Positions 48,727 to 62,790 of a stretch of DNA of 64,000 bases are shown here, piece by piece. The notes under the pieces are model-generated. The model saw only the letters and a program-made list of their open reading frames with translations. It ran no database searches and was not told where the DNA came from. The position numbers and the translations under genes were made by a program. Source of the DNA: Octopus sinensis (taxonomy: Eukaryota); NCBI RefSeq assembly GCF_006345805.1, contig NC_043007.1:75702001-75766000 (forward strand), read 5' to 3'. Position 1 is the first letter of the stretch; each line of letters opens with the position of its first letter.

Positions 48727-49525
48727 TCTTTATTAACAATTAAGGGTATATTTATGTATACCCTTTTATGAACAACACAGGAAAAATACAATGCACGGTG
48801 CCAAGTGGGCCACTTTTAGTAAACAGAACTAGTGATAAAGTCTTGTAAACAATTAAATCAAAAACAATCGAATATAACAAAATTCCCCAAAAGAGGGAGC
48901 CCTCCTAGGATTACTTGTGAAAGCCCCATGAGTCTACAACATTCCTGATCACCAGGGTAAGTGCCCTTTCCACTTTGTTTACAGGCGTATGCTTAGAGTA
49001 GGCCTATTCACTCGGACCATTCTTGCGACGTTCACCCACCTTTTAACAAAATTGCTGGGGGGAAGAACTTCCCTCTCCAACATAATTTTCCTTTTCAAGT
49101 GAAAAGGTGGGTTAATGTCAAACACCTGCTGTTCGACATAAACCCACAAGTCAGAAATACTCGGGCACTGGACGATAGCGTGCAGAACGGTTTCGTCACC
49201 CTGCACGCATCTCGGGCAAGCCCGGCTGACTGCACTTGTGACAGTAGAGTTTATCTCGAACAGACAGCTCCTTCCAGTAGCACTGCCAGGCCAAGACTTT
49301 CTGGAAATTATCCATTGGCCCCAGCCCGAAAAGTCCCCAGAACAGACCAGTCAGCTCATTCTTGTCTACGCCCAGAATCTCTCCAAGAACGTCGTCGCAC
49401 TTACCCGCCACTAACCCTCTATAGAAAGCCATAATGGAACTTCCACCGACCGCATTACCTGAGTGTCAGAGGAGTGTGAGCGCCTGACGACATTCTAGCT
49501 GCCCGGCGCTCTTCCTCGGTGTATG
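48727..49525 (-). mobile_element. L1/Tx1 3' end, counterpart of 15722..16520
   Basis: ORF 48979..49206. Confidence 0.7.
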
Positions 49526-50211
49526 TTTGATCTAGGACTGTAGCTCAGTCAAAGAGATAAGATTTGAGTCAAGGTAGAAAATACTGAAATAATTTTATAA
49601 AAAACATTTTAGTACTGGTTTCAATCACTGAGGCTACTTCAACTGTAAGCATGGAAAACAATTAAATTTTGGAAAAATTAAATGAAAAGTTGTTTAAAAA
49701 GAATATTTGCATAGTATTGAAATACAAGGGGCATTTTCCTTGTTTCTGCCTGTCTCTGTCTCTCTTGTGGGTTCGAGATCGTTGTGAATTCTTGGCAGAG
49801 AAGAAGAAGGAGAAGAATAACGCAGGAGTGGTATGATAGTAGTTGGATGTTAAATGGTCAAGTGACCTAAAAGTGACTCGTGATTGGGACCGTTTATATA
49901 TATATAATGTTATGGTCGGTCATTGGTTTCTCATCTATAAAGAGCTCAGCAGTATAGGTGACTCGTCAGATTCAAATGGCCGATGGCGCATAACTTCTCT
50001 ACAACTGAAGTAAGATAACATTTAACTTCCTAAAAAATATATTACTGATTTAATGCTTTAGCGTGTGCTTCTTTTTCGGATATATGAACAACTGAATATT
50101 CATAACGCACCTCGGTTGCGGAGCAATTTACAAAAGGGCGCCAGGTGGTTTGTGCTCTAGCGCAGTACCGTTGGCTGAGCACCTCTGCATAATCACGAAG
50201 GCTACTGTCTC

Positions 50212-50775
50212 ATGGGTACTATGGAGTTATACGATCTCGATTATTCGACAACAAATATACCAACACCATCAAACGAACTTTACAAAAAAATGCTGCTCGA
50301 AAAGATTATCAACCTCATAGGACGGATGAGATGGAAGGCATACTTCTACAATCAACGCACGCCATTCTCAGAAGCCAGCGCGTACGGTATTAAGTGCTGG
50401 AGGTTCCCATCTAGAATCAAAGACCGCGAAACCTTCGAAGCAGACCTACTGGGTATCATCCCAAAGTTGAGATTCGGTAAGGCCCTTACTCATTTCAGAT
50501 CAAACTCCGCTCTGACTTACGACTGCTAAAAATCTCTGTCAGGTCCTTACTCTTTTCCGATAAAACTAAAAAAACTTTATAAGGTTGATACAAGCACATA
50601 CGATAGAACTTTTAGAAGACAACATAACGCAGAAATATGGACGCGTTTCCCCACACACATACATCAACATTAACAATGAAGCCAAACAGTTACCCAACAA
50701 TCTACATATACCCGATAGGGTAGAAGTATTAGCTAAGAGGAATGCCTTTATCACCATTAAGGAGTATAAACAAAA
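50212..50775 (+). mobile_element. Penelope-like fragment, counterpart of 17207..17770
   Basis: Identical track ORFs 50212..50529 and 50585..50836. Confidence 0.8.
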
Positions 50776-51317
50776 CTTGGATCTTTGTGGTTTTCCTTAC
50801 TATCTACAATTTTGTTCCAATTGTTTTCTAATTTGATATATGGATTAAGTTTTGTATACTAATTATGAAAACGAAATTAATTTTTCCTATAAATCCATAA
50901 CTAAAAAGTGGTTAGCCTTTAAAATTTGGGTATTTTAGCCAATCAGAAGCAAGTATTTTACACATCGCCGTGTGGAAAAACTCTTTTTCCATAGTAACCA
51001 AAGATGCTGCGGAGATACGAGAAAGATAATCTACTATAATAATACTCTTGTGTTTTTCTCCATCACAACGTATGAATGAAAAAGGAAGGGGTGATAGATG
51101 AATAAAGAAGGAAGAGGTAAAGGCAAACTGGTAGTGGAAGCGTTTCAACTCTGTGTATGTAATTGGAAGGTATGTGAATGTTTGTGTGCGCGCGTGTGTG
51201 TATGTGTACATGCACATCAGAGTTCAAGGTCGATGTGCCAAGTGACTTCACTCTGTGTGCTTTAGCTTCGTTACTATGGCAACAATCTGGATACTTACTG
51301 ATCAGACTACACACAGA

Positions 51318-52927
51318 TCTATCTATATAATACTGAGAATGTATATCTGTCTATCTGTATGTGTGAATCCCTAAAACTCGAGAAGTACCCAACCGATTTC
51401 ATTCAAATTTTACACATGTATTACTTAGGGTTCATGGAGTGTCATGGACGAAAAAACTTTTAACTTCTTACTTAATGCGGGCCCGGAGCAATCTTTTACG
51501 AATATTGTTTCGCTTTTATTCTTTCATTTTTAATCCTAATGTGATAAGACTCATGGGGTATGATATGAGTGTCATTTCAATTAAAACAATGTAACATTTT
51601 ATAGATAATCTTTCTATAGTCAAATATAGTACAAGATATTTTATACCACGATGATGACGACGTCACATTTTGTTTATGTGTGTGTATAAATGTGTATGTG
51701 TCTGTCAGTGTGTGCTTCCGCGTTCGGCAACATCACTTTTTGTATGAGTGTCTGTGTGTGAACGTATGAGAATATGTGTCTGTGTGTGGGCGTTTGCGTG
51801 TTCGATACGTACGAGATAGTAAAGGACATTTTATAATATGACAACGTCACATTTTGTATATGAGTGTGTATGTGTGTGGGTGTATGAGTATGTCTCTGTG
51901 ACTTGTGCTTCCGCATTAGGTACGTTATTCGACATACACACACATCTACACATACAGATATATATATGTGATGACTGGCATGTGTGAATGTATGCTTGTG
52001 TCTCTCTTACTATATGTATATGACTACGTGAGAGTGTAAGTATGTATAGCGTGACATTTTGTATATGAATGTGTGGGTGTATGCGTTCGTTGGGAACATT
52101 ATTAAACACACACACATCTGCATATATATATGCATATATATATGTGATGCGAATGGCTGGAGGCGAAACTCTTGACAAAAAACAATCAGGTGGCACGCCC
52201 AAGGTATATAAAGATACACATCTACCATTCAATTACCAGTTCATAATTATCGCAGCAGTTGCAAGGTATTTCAATTTGCTTATATTTGGTTACTTTACAC
52301 TGTATACAAAAATACAGACATACTACATACAAACAACTACTTACAAAAATAGGGATTAATGTATATTTTTTTCTATAATCATAATATTTTGTTTATGATA
52401 TTCAAAAAAAAAAATTGCCACCAAAGGAAGAACGTAATCTCTCCAGAAACACCTATCAAGCAAGGAGGATTGAAAAAAGCCTGAAGGCGAGAGACTCAAA
52501 AGATAAGGGACATGAGACTTTCTCAAGATCAGCAAAGCCATGCTGCAGCACGTCAGATGGAATCTCAAGAGAGAAGGGAGTTAAGACTTTCTCAAAATCA
52601 AAAAAAGTATACTGCAGCACTTAATGCTGAATAACTAAAATAAAAATTTAGCATGCCAGATTACACAGAGGTCCAATAGAATAGCTCTCAGAACAGGCCA
52701 CATACAAATTTGTTCTTCACAACTCCTGGTGCTGCTTTCAGATATGATCCATCCTATTCTTTAAGAATTATAATTCTATCCAAATTGGTGAGCTAAACTG
52801 AAATGTTGCTTCTGCAAAAGCTTTAAATTTTACTCCACAAATGTTGTATCGTCAATGCTGCACTTTCCTGTATCCCTGTTTCAAACTACACCATTTAATA
52901 CTGAGCAACGCCGGGTATCTCTGCTAG
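51318..52927 (+). mobile_element. Helitron with RepHel remnants, counterpart of 18313..19946
   Basis: Same TC / CTAG ends. Confidence 0.85.
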
Positions 52928-52960
52928 TATATATATATATATATACATATCCATAGTGAT

Positions 52961-53007
<47 letters not shown>

Positions 53008-53852
53008 CATACTCACGCACATATATATATCATCCTCCTCATCATCATTTAACTTGTTTCCATGCTGGCATGGGATGGATAATTTGACAGGATCTGACAA
53101 GCAGCAGAGTAGAGTTGCATCAGCTTTGCTGTGGTTTCCATCTCAATGCCCTTTCTAATGCCAACCACTCTGGTGAGTACCGGGTGACATTTTTCATGCA
53201 CTGATGAGGCAGCTCTGTAAATTGCAGCAAATTAAAGAAAGGAAAAGGAAATGGAAAGTATGAGAGGAGTTGGCTTTGTCAGATGTTGAAGGCTAAAGTA
53301 TGATACACAATTACCATACAATGTGAGGAGACAAGCACATGAATCTTGCTATAGATGAGATACACAATTACCATACATTATGTGATGGTGGTGGTGAGAG
53401 TAGCTGAAAGGGAGATAAAGGTCATGGTGACAGGGTATGAGAGCATGCACAAAAGTACAAAGTGTATAGGAGGGAGAATAAAAACTGTGCATCAGGAAGG
53501 GAGGAAAGGGTAGAGTAACTTCGTAACAAGCGTGGGGGAGGAGAGAGACAGATGGTCAAATGCGGATGTAATGAGTGAAGAAAAAAAGGGGAGGTGTGGT
53601 GGAAGGTAAACAGCAGGATGGAGGAGGAGAGGTGGCACGGAGTGGAGAGCTGCAGCATCACACATCAGGGATCAGAAAGTAGAAGACAATGTGCTTGATG
53701 TGAACAGTTTGCTCTAACTCGGTCACATTAATAAAATATCTGTAGTGGTTGATAAAAAGAAAGTTGTTGCTATTCTAGCAGTCTCATGGACCATATAAAG
53801 GTTGCTTTGTGTTGTATCTGGAATGTAAGAGCATGCATTTTCTGTGAGAAAA

Positions 53853-54156
53853 TCTTTATATATAAATCGAAGTTGTGTGTTGGAGACTTGTCTCCTCCGA
53901 TTTAGATTCCTAACTACTCCCACATTTTGCGGTGCAGTTTAACCAAAAGCGGGTATCTTATAGTCGTCATCACATCGAGCCCTTCTGGGTATTAGCGCGC
54001 ATCTATGATGAGTCTACGATTTTTAAAAAAAAATTTATCATTTTTCCGCATTTTTATGATTTTTGCTCGGGTTATATATAAGGGAAGTAACTCTCTAAAA
54101 ATGCTTATATAGTTATTTCCCTTATAAACACGAGCAACGCCGGGCGATACAGCTAG
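53853..54156 (+). mobile_element. Short Helitron, counterpart of 20853..21156
   Basis: Same ends. Confidence 0.85.
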
Positions 54157-55467
54157 TAGTTCATAAAAATGCCTTTCTTTGAAAAATAATGTTTCCACTA
54201 ATTACTGTGTTTGCATAATTATACCAAACAAACTGCAATGTATGTAATGTGTATGCTCGGGTTATATAAGGGGAAGTAACTCTCTAAAAATGCTTATATA
54301 GTTATTTTCCCTTGCACGGATTTTTGTCAGTGAAACAGGTCGCAGATTTTAGCGCCGAAAATATTTTGACAAATTAAACTTAAATGTTGAAGTGAATCGA
54401 ACGGCCTTTGTGTGTTTCTTAAATGGCTCTATAAACACCTTCACGCTGCAATAGTTAATTGATATTTCAAGAAAAGCATATCAATGATGCTAAATAAATA
54501 AACAATGACATTTAAATGATTTTATGAATGTATTTATTTGGTAACAAAAATACAATTAAAAGGACAACTAGAGAGACAAAAATATTTGTAGTGATATTGC
54601 TAATAGAATCAGGCAGTAGCAGATCTTTGCAGGAAATTACAAATAAATAAGAAAGGAAAAAGCATCAAGGTAGGTAATATAAAAAGTTTGTACAAAACAA
54701 AGCATAATAGAATAAAAAGGTAAAGACCCCTTTCAGTCATGGAATGGCCATGGGATTGCACCTAGAAAGTTCCCCTCCAAGGCACAAGTCCAGGAAAGGT
54801 TGTTTATGGTAGACCAGCAGTCACCCATGTATACCGGCCTCCCCTCTCCACGTCGCTGATGTTATCAAGGGAAAGGCAAAGGCCGATACAGATTGGTACC
54901 AGTGACATCGCAACTCCTTTCTACAACTGAGTGAAATGGAGCAACAGGAAATAAAGTGTTTTTAAAAGAAAACAATAACAAAAATAAGCATCAATAAAAA
55001 AAAAACAACTTCAAATGAATCAGTGAGTATGGACTAGAAATATCTCACAGAAATGAGAACAATAAACATTTTTTTCAATGACACTAGTAAAGTAAGTACA
55101 TTAAACATTACTAAAGTTAGGGACAGTTAGTACAAAAAGATGTAGTGTAATTATGTATGGTAAATAAAATTTGATATTAAAAACCTTGACAATTCTTAAC
55201 AGTAAAATAGCACAGATGGTTATCGTAATAGGGTCAGCTTCAGTGACAATAGTACGATGCTAAGGCTTTTTTGAATGTAGATGTTGGTGTGTGTGTGTAT
55301 ACATACATATATGGAGAGAGAAAGAGAGAGAGAGTAGACAACAGGGATGTTGATTAAGAGATTCTGGTCAGTTTTACTGAATAGTGAGAATATACAAATT
55401 TAAAAAAAAAAAGTTTTTAAACTGTTTCATGCTTTCAAACATTTCAATTTCACAAAAAATGAAAAAT

Positions 55468-55608
55468 TTATTTCATTTCATTGAATTCTTGAGGCATATA
55501 TGGGTCAGCAACATTTGGAGAATAATGAGTAATTGGTGAGTAGTGTGTATTAATTGACGGATTCACGAATTCAGTAGCCTGGTTCTGATGGATAACAACT
55601 ACATTACT
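55468..55608 (-). CDS. CD20/MS4A-like tetraspan gene, copy 2, coding exon 5
   Basis: 141 nt, identical to copy 1 exon 5; CTACAG acceptor. Confidence 0.85.
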   Translation of the reverse strand, partial: SNVVVIHQNQATEFVNPSINTHYSPITHYSPNVADPYMPQEFNEMK

Positions 55609-55896
55609 CTGTAGAAGCAAAGAAAAAAAAATTATTAAAGAAATACTGAATTTCTTTAGAAACAAAAAAATAATAAACAACTCTAAAATCATTCCAAGAG
55701 AAATTAAAGAATACCTTGATTTGCATCTATTTTTCAATGACATTCATACATAGTAAATCTTGTGTGTAGTTAGATGTACTATTGCGATTGTTGAATTAAA
55801 AGCTGCATATAGAGTATCATCTTCCAGTGAAGTGGAGCAAATAATATAAACTTGTGTCACCATAATTTCTCCTGTCTCTATATATACATATATATA

Positions 55897-56064
55897 CTTT
55901 ATAATTAGGGTTCAGCAATGATATGCTTTACCACATACCAAAGTTTAGAAATAGCAGCCAAAAACCTTAGCTATTTCTTCTACTTTAAAAGGAACTCCCA
56001 GAAAAACTATTTATAAACTTTGGTATGTGGTAAAGCATATCTTTGCTGAACCCTAATTATAAAG
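55897..56064. mobile_element. Hairpin MITE, counterpart of 23000..23169
   Basis: Same arms and TA flanks. Confidence 0.88.
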
Positions 56065-56586
56065 TATTACTTAAGTTTACCGTGAAAGTTTTTCATGCCG
56101 AATTCTACTTGGTGAAGTTATTGATTACTTCTTAATTAATTAATTTTACCCTTTGTTGGATAAGAACAGCAATGCAAAAAATGGAGGTCAAATGGTAAGC
56201 CTGCATGATGTCCAACATCATGTTCTCCATCTTCATGTATTTTTTCCTTTCACCATAATCCTACTATCTCCTGATATGTAACCTTGAGCACTACCTTTAC
56301 AGCTTATTTCTCTAGCATATCATATACTCCCATTTCCCATCTAGTTTTGGATTTTTATTTTTCCCTTTTCACCTATCTCTTTATGGTTCTGAAAACAGAA
56401 TTATACCCGAATCTTGTATCCTACAGAGTTGGATGTCACACATGGAATCTCAACATCATGTAACCTGTTCTATGGCAGGGACATAGATCAGAAGTTACAA
56501 AATATTTCCAAATCTAGGATGTAAATGGAATGAACTTTGCCTCTTATTACACAATTATATTTATCAAATGAGTAAACTATAGTTAC

Positions 56587-56709
56587 CTTTGCTTGTGAGC
56601 AGCAGCAGCAAATGGATGAAGAGACAATAGCCAAAACAAATTCCGCAAACATAGCAAAGGATCCAACACAAAATAAAGGATAATAACTGTCATAACGAGA
56701 AGACATTGC
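56587..56709 (-). CDS. Tetraspan gene copy 2, coding exon 4 (TM4, in frame)
   Basis: 123 nt, phase 0-0; AMSSRYDSYYPLFCVGSFAMFAEFVLAIVSSSICCCCSQAK; TTTTACAG acceptor, AAG|GTAACT donor. The EFxxAIxSxxxCC pattern is typical of CD20-like TM4. Confidence 0.88.
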
Positions 56710-58048
56710 CTGTAAAACAAATAATTTTTAATGAGAAAAAGTGAAAGAAATATGTGATAATCTTACAGTACAGGGTTATCTTTTCAGATTTTTCAAGCAA
56801 TGACTTTGCATTTTTGATAATCTTTATTGGTATTAAAAGTTATAAATGCAGTCACTTAATCTTTTACAAGTTTCAGTCACTGGTCTGCAGCCATGTCCAG
56901 AATAATCCCACAACACCACCATCAACTGTTGCACATTGCTGTCTACTGCTCATAGGACCAGCTATCTAGTTTCCAAAGCATATAAGGGACTGAGATCAAA
57001 ACATTTCCCCTGAATGGGATGCGATTTCATCACAGGAGGAACATAAAATGAAGTGTTTTGCTCAAGAACACAATGTGCTACCTGATTCAAGAATTGAGGG
57101 CACAATCACTAGGTCAACTAACTTTATATTAAATAGAGTTGATTTTTAAAAAGATTCTTTTACTAGTTTCAGTCAATGGCCTGCAGCCATGCTCAACTCA
57201 TGTTAAAGTTTAGAGCCATAATCTAAAGATCTTCCTAATCACTGTTTGGTACTGATGCTATTTTTTATTCAGACCAGTTGGTCCACTAGTGCAAATCAGT
57301 CACTGATGTTGACTGTTTTTTTAGTTAACTAAAAGAAACAGGTTTTGAATCTGCCCAGGGTTATCTCTCTCTGGTATTTTCCATTGAGGAAGGCTAAAGA
57401 GCCAGAAATGTGTGTCTGGGAATCTGATACGGAGAAGCACTGGGCAGATATGGTGCTTTCACACCTCTTGGAGAGAATTCTTTTCTCCAGGGTAACTACA
57501 ATGAATTTGCCTTTAGAAGTCATATATCACAAACATATTTAACAAACCTAAAGTTCACACACACACACATATGATAGACTTCTTTAAGTTTCCATCAATA
57601 AAATCCACTCACAAGCCTGCAGTCAGCCCGAGGCTATAGAAGAATACACTTGCCCAACATGCCATGCAGTGGTTGAGAAGGAAACTTCTTAACACACAGC
57701 CATGCCATTATTTGGCTCTTTTTACAGTTTATTTATCTGAAAGAATATTAAAAGGGTTGTTTTCTTTTCTATAAAGTCTGTTACAAGATATTTTCCTAAT
57801 ATAGCTGAAAAAGGCTCCATAGTTACAAAGCTTAAAATGTTTTGATAAAAGGTATGATAGTGAAATAACATTAGAAAACCTGTTCATCCAAAAACCAAGA
57901 ACAATAATTAAGTTACAATGTCTTTTATTCTAGACAGCTAAGAAGTATAATTGCTTTTGTTCTGATTTTCCCCATCATATAAAGTACCTTACTTCATTAG
58001 GCATCAGTAATCTCTGCACAAAAACAAACACACATATAATATACTTAC

Positions 58049-58138
58049 AATCCAAGTTGCATGGCCAGAAAGGGCACTCATTCCACCAATTGAAAAGATA
58101 GATGCTGACAAAATGGCAAGGACCATGTAGGTAATTTT
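58049..58138 (-). CDS. Tetraspan gene copy 2, coding exon 3 (TM3)
   Basis: 90 nt; KITYMVLAILSASIFSIGGMSALSGHATWI. Confidence 0.88.
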
Positions 58139-58661
58139 CTGAAAAAAAAAAAAAAATTTTAAAGCATTTTATTTAGGTTTTACAGTTATGTATGTGTGTG
58201 GTGGTATATAGACACATACATACACACATGGGGGTAAGGATATGTGCATGTGTGAGTTTGAGTCAAAAAGAGAAAAAACAGATCTGTTTAGCACTAGAGA
58301 TGCAGATTTATTCATTGATAAATAGACCGATTATAAAAATAAAAGTTATTTATAATACCAATCCATGACTGATCCTTTTTTTTAACTGAGCCCCAGGACG
58401 TAACTAAATACAGGAAGGTAGCACATAGTCACTCTAATGGATTCTATCAAATTATTATCTTTTCTGAGTATATTAAAGAAAATACATAGAAGGAATGGTG
58501 TTAGGCAAATGACATTTTTCTTTTAGGTTCATATCTCAGGAAATCTATTATCTTTTGTCAGAGAGAGAGGAGAATCTAATATTTTATGTGATCTGTGGCA
58601 GAAAGTCACAAATGATACCATTCTTTGCTAACTTTGTCTTTCACTCCTCAGAGATCATAAG

Positions 58662-59570
58662 TACGAGGGGTATCAAAAGGTTCCTTGGCTAGTTATGTTT
58701 AATAAAAAATAACTAATTTACTCTCTTTTACTTGTTTCAGTCATTTGGCTGGGGCCATGCTGGAGCACTGCCTTTAGTTGAGCAAATTGACCCCAGGACT
58801 TATTCTTTGTAAGCCTAGTACTTATTCTATTGGTGTCTTTTGCCGAACAGCTAAGTTACGGGGATGTGAACACACCAGCATTGGTTGTCAAGTGATGTCG
58901 AGGGGACAAATACAAGCATACACACACCAACACTTACATATATATATATGCATATATACGATGGGCCTCCTTCAGCTTCTGTCTATCAAACCCACTCACA
59001 AGGCCTTGGTCGGCCTGAGGCTATAGTAGAAGACACTTGCCCAAGGTGCCATGCAGTGGGACTGAGCCTGGAACCATGTGGTTCGTAAGCAAGCTACATA
59101 CCACTCAGCCACTCATACATTTTAACATCATCTCTTTTGAAATAGCCACCTTGTACAGCAATATACTGGTCCCAGCATTTCTGCCACTTTTGGGAATCTG
59201 ACCTGGAAGTCATTTTTTGTGTGTGGGTTGAGGCCCTTCTGTGATCTGCACTGGGTCTCGACAATGGTGTTAAAACAGCAACCTTTGAGCAGCGTTTTCA
59301 TCTTGGGGGAAGAGATGGAAGTTTGCAGGTGCTAAATCTGGTGAAAAGAGCGTGTGGAAGCAATACCATGTTTTTGGCAATAAACTCAAAGTGAGAAGAG
59401 TTTGATGACAGGGCACATTGTTGTCATGAAGAATCCAATTCTTTGCGCTCCACAGGTCTGGTTGCTTTTGTCAAATGTCCTCCCTCAAACGCTTAAAAAT
59501 ATCACAGTAGAACTCTCAATTGACAGTCTGGCCCTGGAGGACAAATTCTTGATGCACATTACCATATTTC
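58662..59570 (-). mobile_element. Mariner remnant, counterpart of 25740..26650
   Basis: TIR at 58664; NVHQEFVLQGQTVN visible in track ORF 59516..59851. Confidence 0.88.
58717..59113 (-). mobile_element. SINE, counterpart of 25795..26193
   Basis: Colinear identity. Confidence 0.9.
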
Positions 59571-59628
59571 CATGGGTGATGCTCATGGCAGGTCTTCCAG
59601 GGACACACTTTACTTTTGAAGCACCTGT

Positions 59629-60040
59629 GGCGCAGGAGTGGCTGTGTGGTAAGTAGCTTGTTTACCAACCACATGGTTCTGGGTTCAGTCCCACTGCATG
59701 GCACCTTGGGCAAGTGTCTTCTACTATAGCCTTGGGCCAACCAAAGCCTTGTGAGTGAATTTGGTAGATGGAAACTGAAAGAAGCCCGTCGTATATATGT
59801 ATATATATATGTGCTTGTGTGTGTTTGTGTCTGTGTTTGTCCCCCTAGCATTGCTTGACAACCGATGCTGGTGTGTTGATGTCCCCGTAACTTAGCGGTT
59901 CGGCAAAAGAGACCGATAGAATAAGTACTGGGCTTACAAAAGAATAAGTCCCGGGGTCGAGTTGCTCGATTAAAGGCGGTGCTCCAGCATGGCCGCAGTC
60001 AAATGACTGAACGAGTAAAAGAGTAAAGAGTAAAGAGAGT
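59629..60040 (+). mobile_element. SINE, counterpart of 26711..27124
   Basis: Colinear identity. Confidence 0.9.
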
Positions 60041-60984
60041 GCCACACGTAACATTGCGTACAACTACCTCAATAGTGTTTGTAATGAGCACTCAGAGTTT
60101 GTTATGACACAGCTCTGTTATGCTTGGAACGACAATTTAAAAGTGGTATAATGACACAACTATAGCAAAAATATACAGCTTGGTGGTGGTTTGATTAAAA
60201 CAGGCTGTTTTAATGATAATGAGCAGCGGTAGCTGTTGCTTACATTCACAGCTCAGAAGTGGTTGTAATGACAGCATAATTGTGATGGGTAGCAGCTGAT
60301 GTGAAGGAGCATGGCTAAGTGGTTAGCGTACTCAACACATGACTAAGATCATGACTTTGATTCTTGGTAGCACAAAAACATTACCAAGAAAGAGCAGACA
60401 TTGTCCTATAATCCACATGCATGCCTGATCTGTGAACTGGTTTGCAAATCTTTTGTAGGACCAAAATATCACATCCAAGCTGAATAAATTGAATGGGATG
60501 TTGACACTGAAAGCTATGGGAGAATATATATGTATATATACTCACACATGTGCATGTGTTCTGTGAATTCGTATTTCCCTCACATTAGTAAACAATAACA
60601 TCCTGATGGTGCTGTTTGCTTGCAGACCACCAGGAGAACATATTGGGGTTTTTGACATGTCTTGATATATTGAGCAAGCTGTGCTGTTTATTACTTGACA
60701 GACTGAAAAATAATTCCTTTGCTCGGAAGCAAGTGGAGTTGGTGACAGGAAGGGCATCCAGCTGTAAAATACTCTAGCCAAATGCACTCCAACATTTGTA
60801 AGTAATACACTAGTATTTGTTAATTCTGCCAAGAGCATGGTCTACCACTGGAAAACTGGATAAATATAGCATTTTCTATAGTGTTACTATTTCTGATAAG
60901 TAATAACTAGATGCTTTTTAATTGTAAACATTAAACAGACTGAAAATTTGAACAGAAAAGATTAATAGTCAGAGAAATTTTTAC

Positions 60985-61056
60985 CATTCTCCTGGTTTGT
61001 AATTCTGTATTTGACTTGAGACCAGCAAGAATTCCAAAGATGCCAACTGCGATAAC
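60985..61056 (-). CDS. Tetraspan gene copy 2, coding exon 2
   Basis: 72 nt; VIAVGIFGILAGLKSNTELQTRRM. Confidence 0.87.
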
Positions 61057-61147
61057 CTAAACAAAACAAAAAATGTACAATTAAATGTAAAATTTTAAGA
61101 TAAGATAGTCAGATAATTAATTAATTAATTAATGTATGTATGTATAC

Positions 61148-61186
<39 letters not shown>

Positions 61187-61737
61187 CTAGTGAGTTAGCT
61201 GAGTAAGAAGTGCAGCTGGTGCTTTCTTCCTAGTAAGGCAACTGCAGAAGTATTTAGCCAAATGTAATCTGCTGCACTTGGCATTTATTGACATAGAGAA
61301 AGCAAATAAGTCTCTTGCTTTCTGATGTGATGGTTGCTGAAGAAGCGAGGGTGTTGTCCACACAGTGAAATCTAATAAGTACAGCAACAAATTTAGTGTG
61401 CAGCTAGGAGCTCACCAGGGTTTGATTCTCAGTCTCCTCCTATTTATCTTTTAGGCTATAACAGAGGAGTTTAAGGCTGGTTGTCCACGGAACTCCTCTC
61501 TGCTGCTAATCTTGTTATTTAAACTGAATCTGTAGTAGAATTAGAAAAGAAATTCCAGGTGTAGAAGCAAAACCTGGATTTAAAGGGCTTCAACATCAAT
61601 TTAGCAGAAACCAAAATTCTAGTAAGCAGACAGACAGGATGCTAATTCCTCCAGTAAAATGGTCATTTAATTGTGTACATATCATAAACTATGCACACAT
61701 AATAGTAGACTTTGTGTCAGTTGCACAGAAACAATAA

Positions 61738-62213
61738 ACACTATTGCCGATAAAATTTGTAAAAAAATCCTTTAATCAAGCAGTGAACAAACACGTTATC
61801 CTCCTATAACTGACTTGATTCTTTTTCTAAACCCACATAACTTAATTACTGAGTAATTGGAAGTGTGTTTCAATCATTGTTAGGGTGTATAAATCTGTCC
61901 CTGAGAGGGATGATGTAGTAATTAGGATGTTCACAAGCAAACATTCAAGCAGATATTACACAAGGAAATAAGCAATACACTATTGCCGAAAAAATTTAGT
62001 AAAAAAATCCTTTAATCAAGCAGTGAACAAACACGTTATCCTCTATAACTGACTTGATTCTTGTTCTAAACCCACATGAACTTATTACTGAGTAATTGGA
62101 AGTGTGTTTCAATCATTGTTAGGGTGTATAAATCTGTCCCTGAGAGGGATGATGTAGTAATTAGGATGTTCACAAGCAAACATTCAAGCAATATTACACA
62201 AGGAAATAAGCAA
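61738..62213. repeat. ~239-bp local tandem duplication found only in copy 2
   Basis: ACACTATTGCCGA starts at 61738 and 61977; single copy at ~28835..29075. Confidence 0.9.
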
Positions 62214-62289
62214 CAAAGCCAGTTTAAAGAGGAGAAAAAATCAAAGATCTGGGAAAGAAGCTGATGAGGAAGGGAATTATCGCAGAGCC

Positions 62290-62790
62290 AAGGGTGCAAC
62301 CAGCCCACCTTTGCGTACCTTCCCTTCATTGGACACTGCTTGCGAAGACCTGTTGAGGCAAGTGAAATCGGAATCGAAATCAAATTCGCTGACTAGCATC
62401 TGTGCTAATGGAGCACTAAAAGCACCATCTGAGCGTGATTGTTGCCAGAGGAGCCAACTGGCGTTCGTGCCGGTGGCACGTAAAAATCCCCATTTGAGCG
62501 TGATCGTTACCAGCGTTGCCTTAGCGGTACTTGTGCAGGTGACATGTAAAAAAAAAACACGATTTCCCATGACCTTTGCCCTACCGCCTGACTGGCCCTC
62601 ATGCCAGTGGCACGTAAAAGCACCCACTACACTCTCAAAGTGGTTGGCATTAGGAAGGGCATCCAACTGTAGACACTCTGCCAAATCAAGATTGGAGACT
62701 GGTGCAGCCATCTGGTTCGCTAGTCCTCAGTCAAATCGTACAACCCATGCTAGCATGGAAAGTGGACGTTAAACGATGATGATGATGAAT
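62290..62790 (+). mobile_element. RTE-type 3' UTR, counterpart of 29150..29650
   Basis: Colinear, with noticeably more substitutions than elsewhere. Confidence 0.8.
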
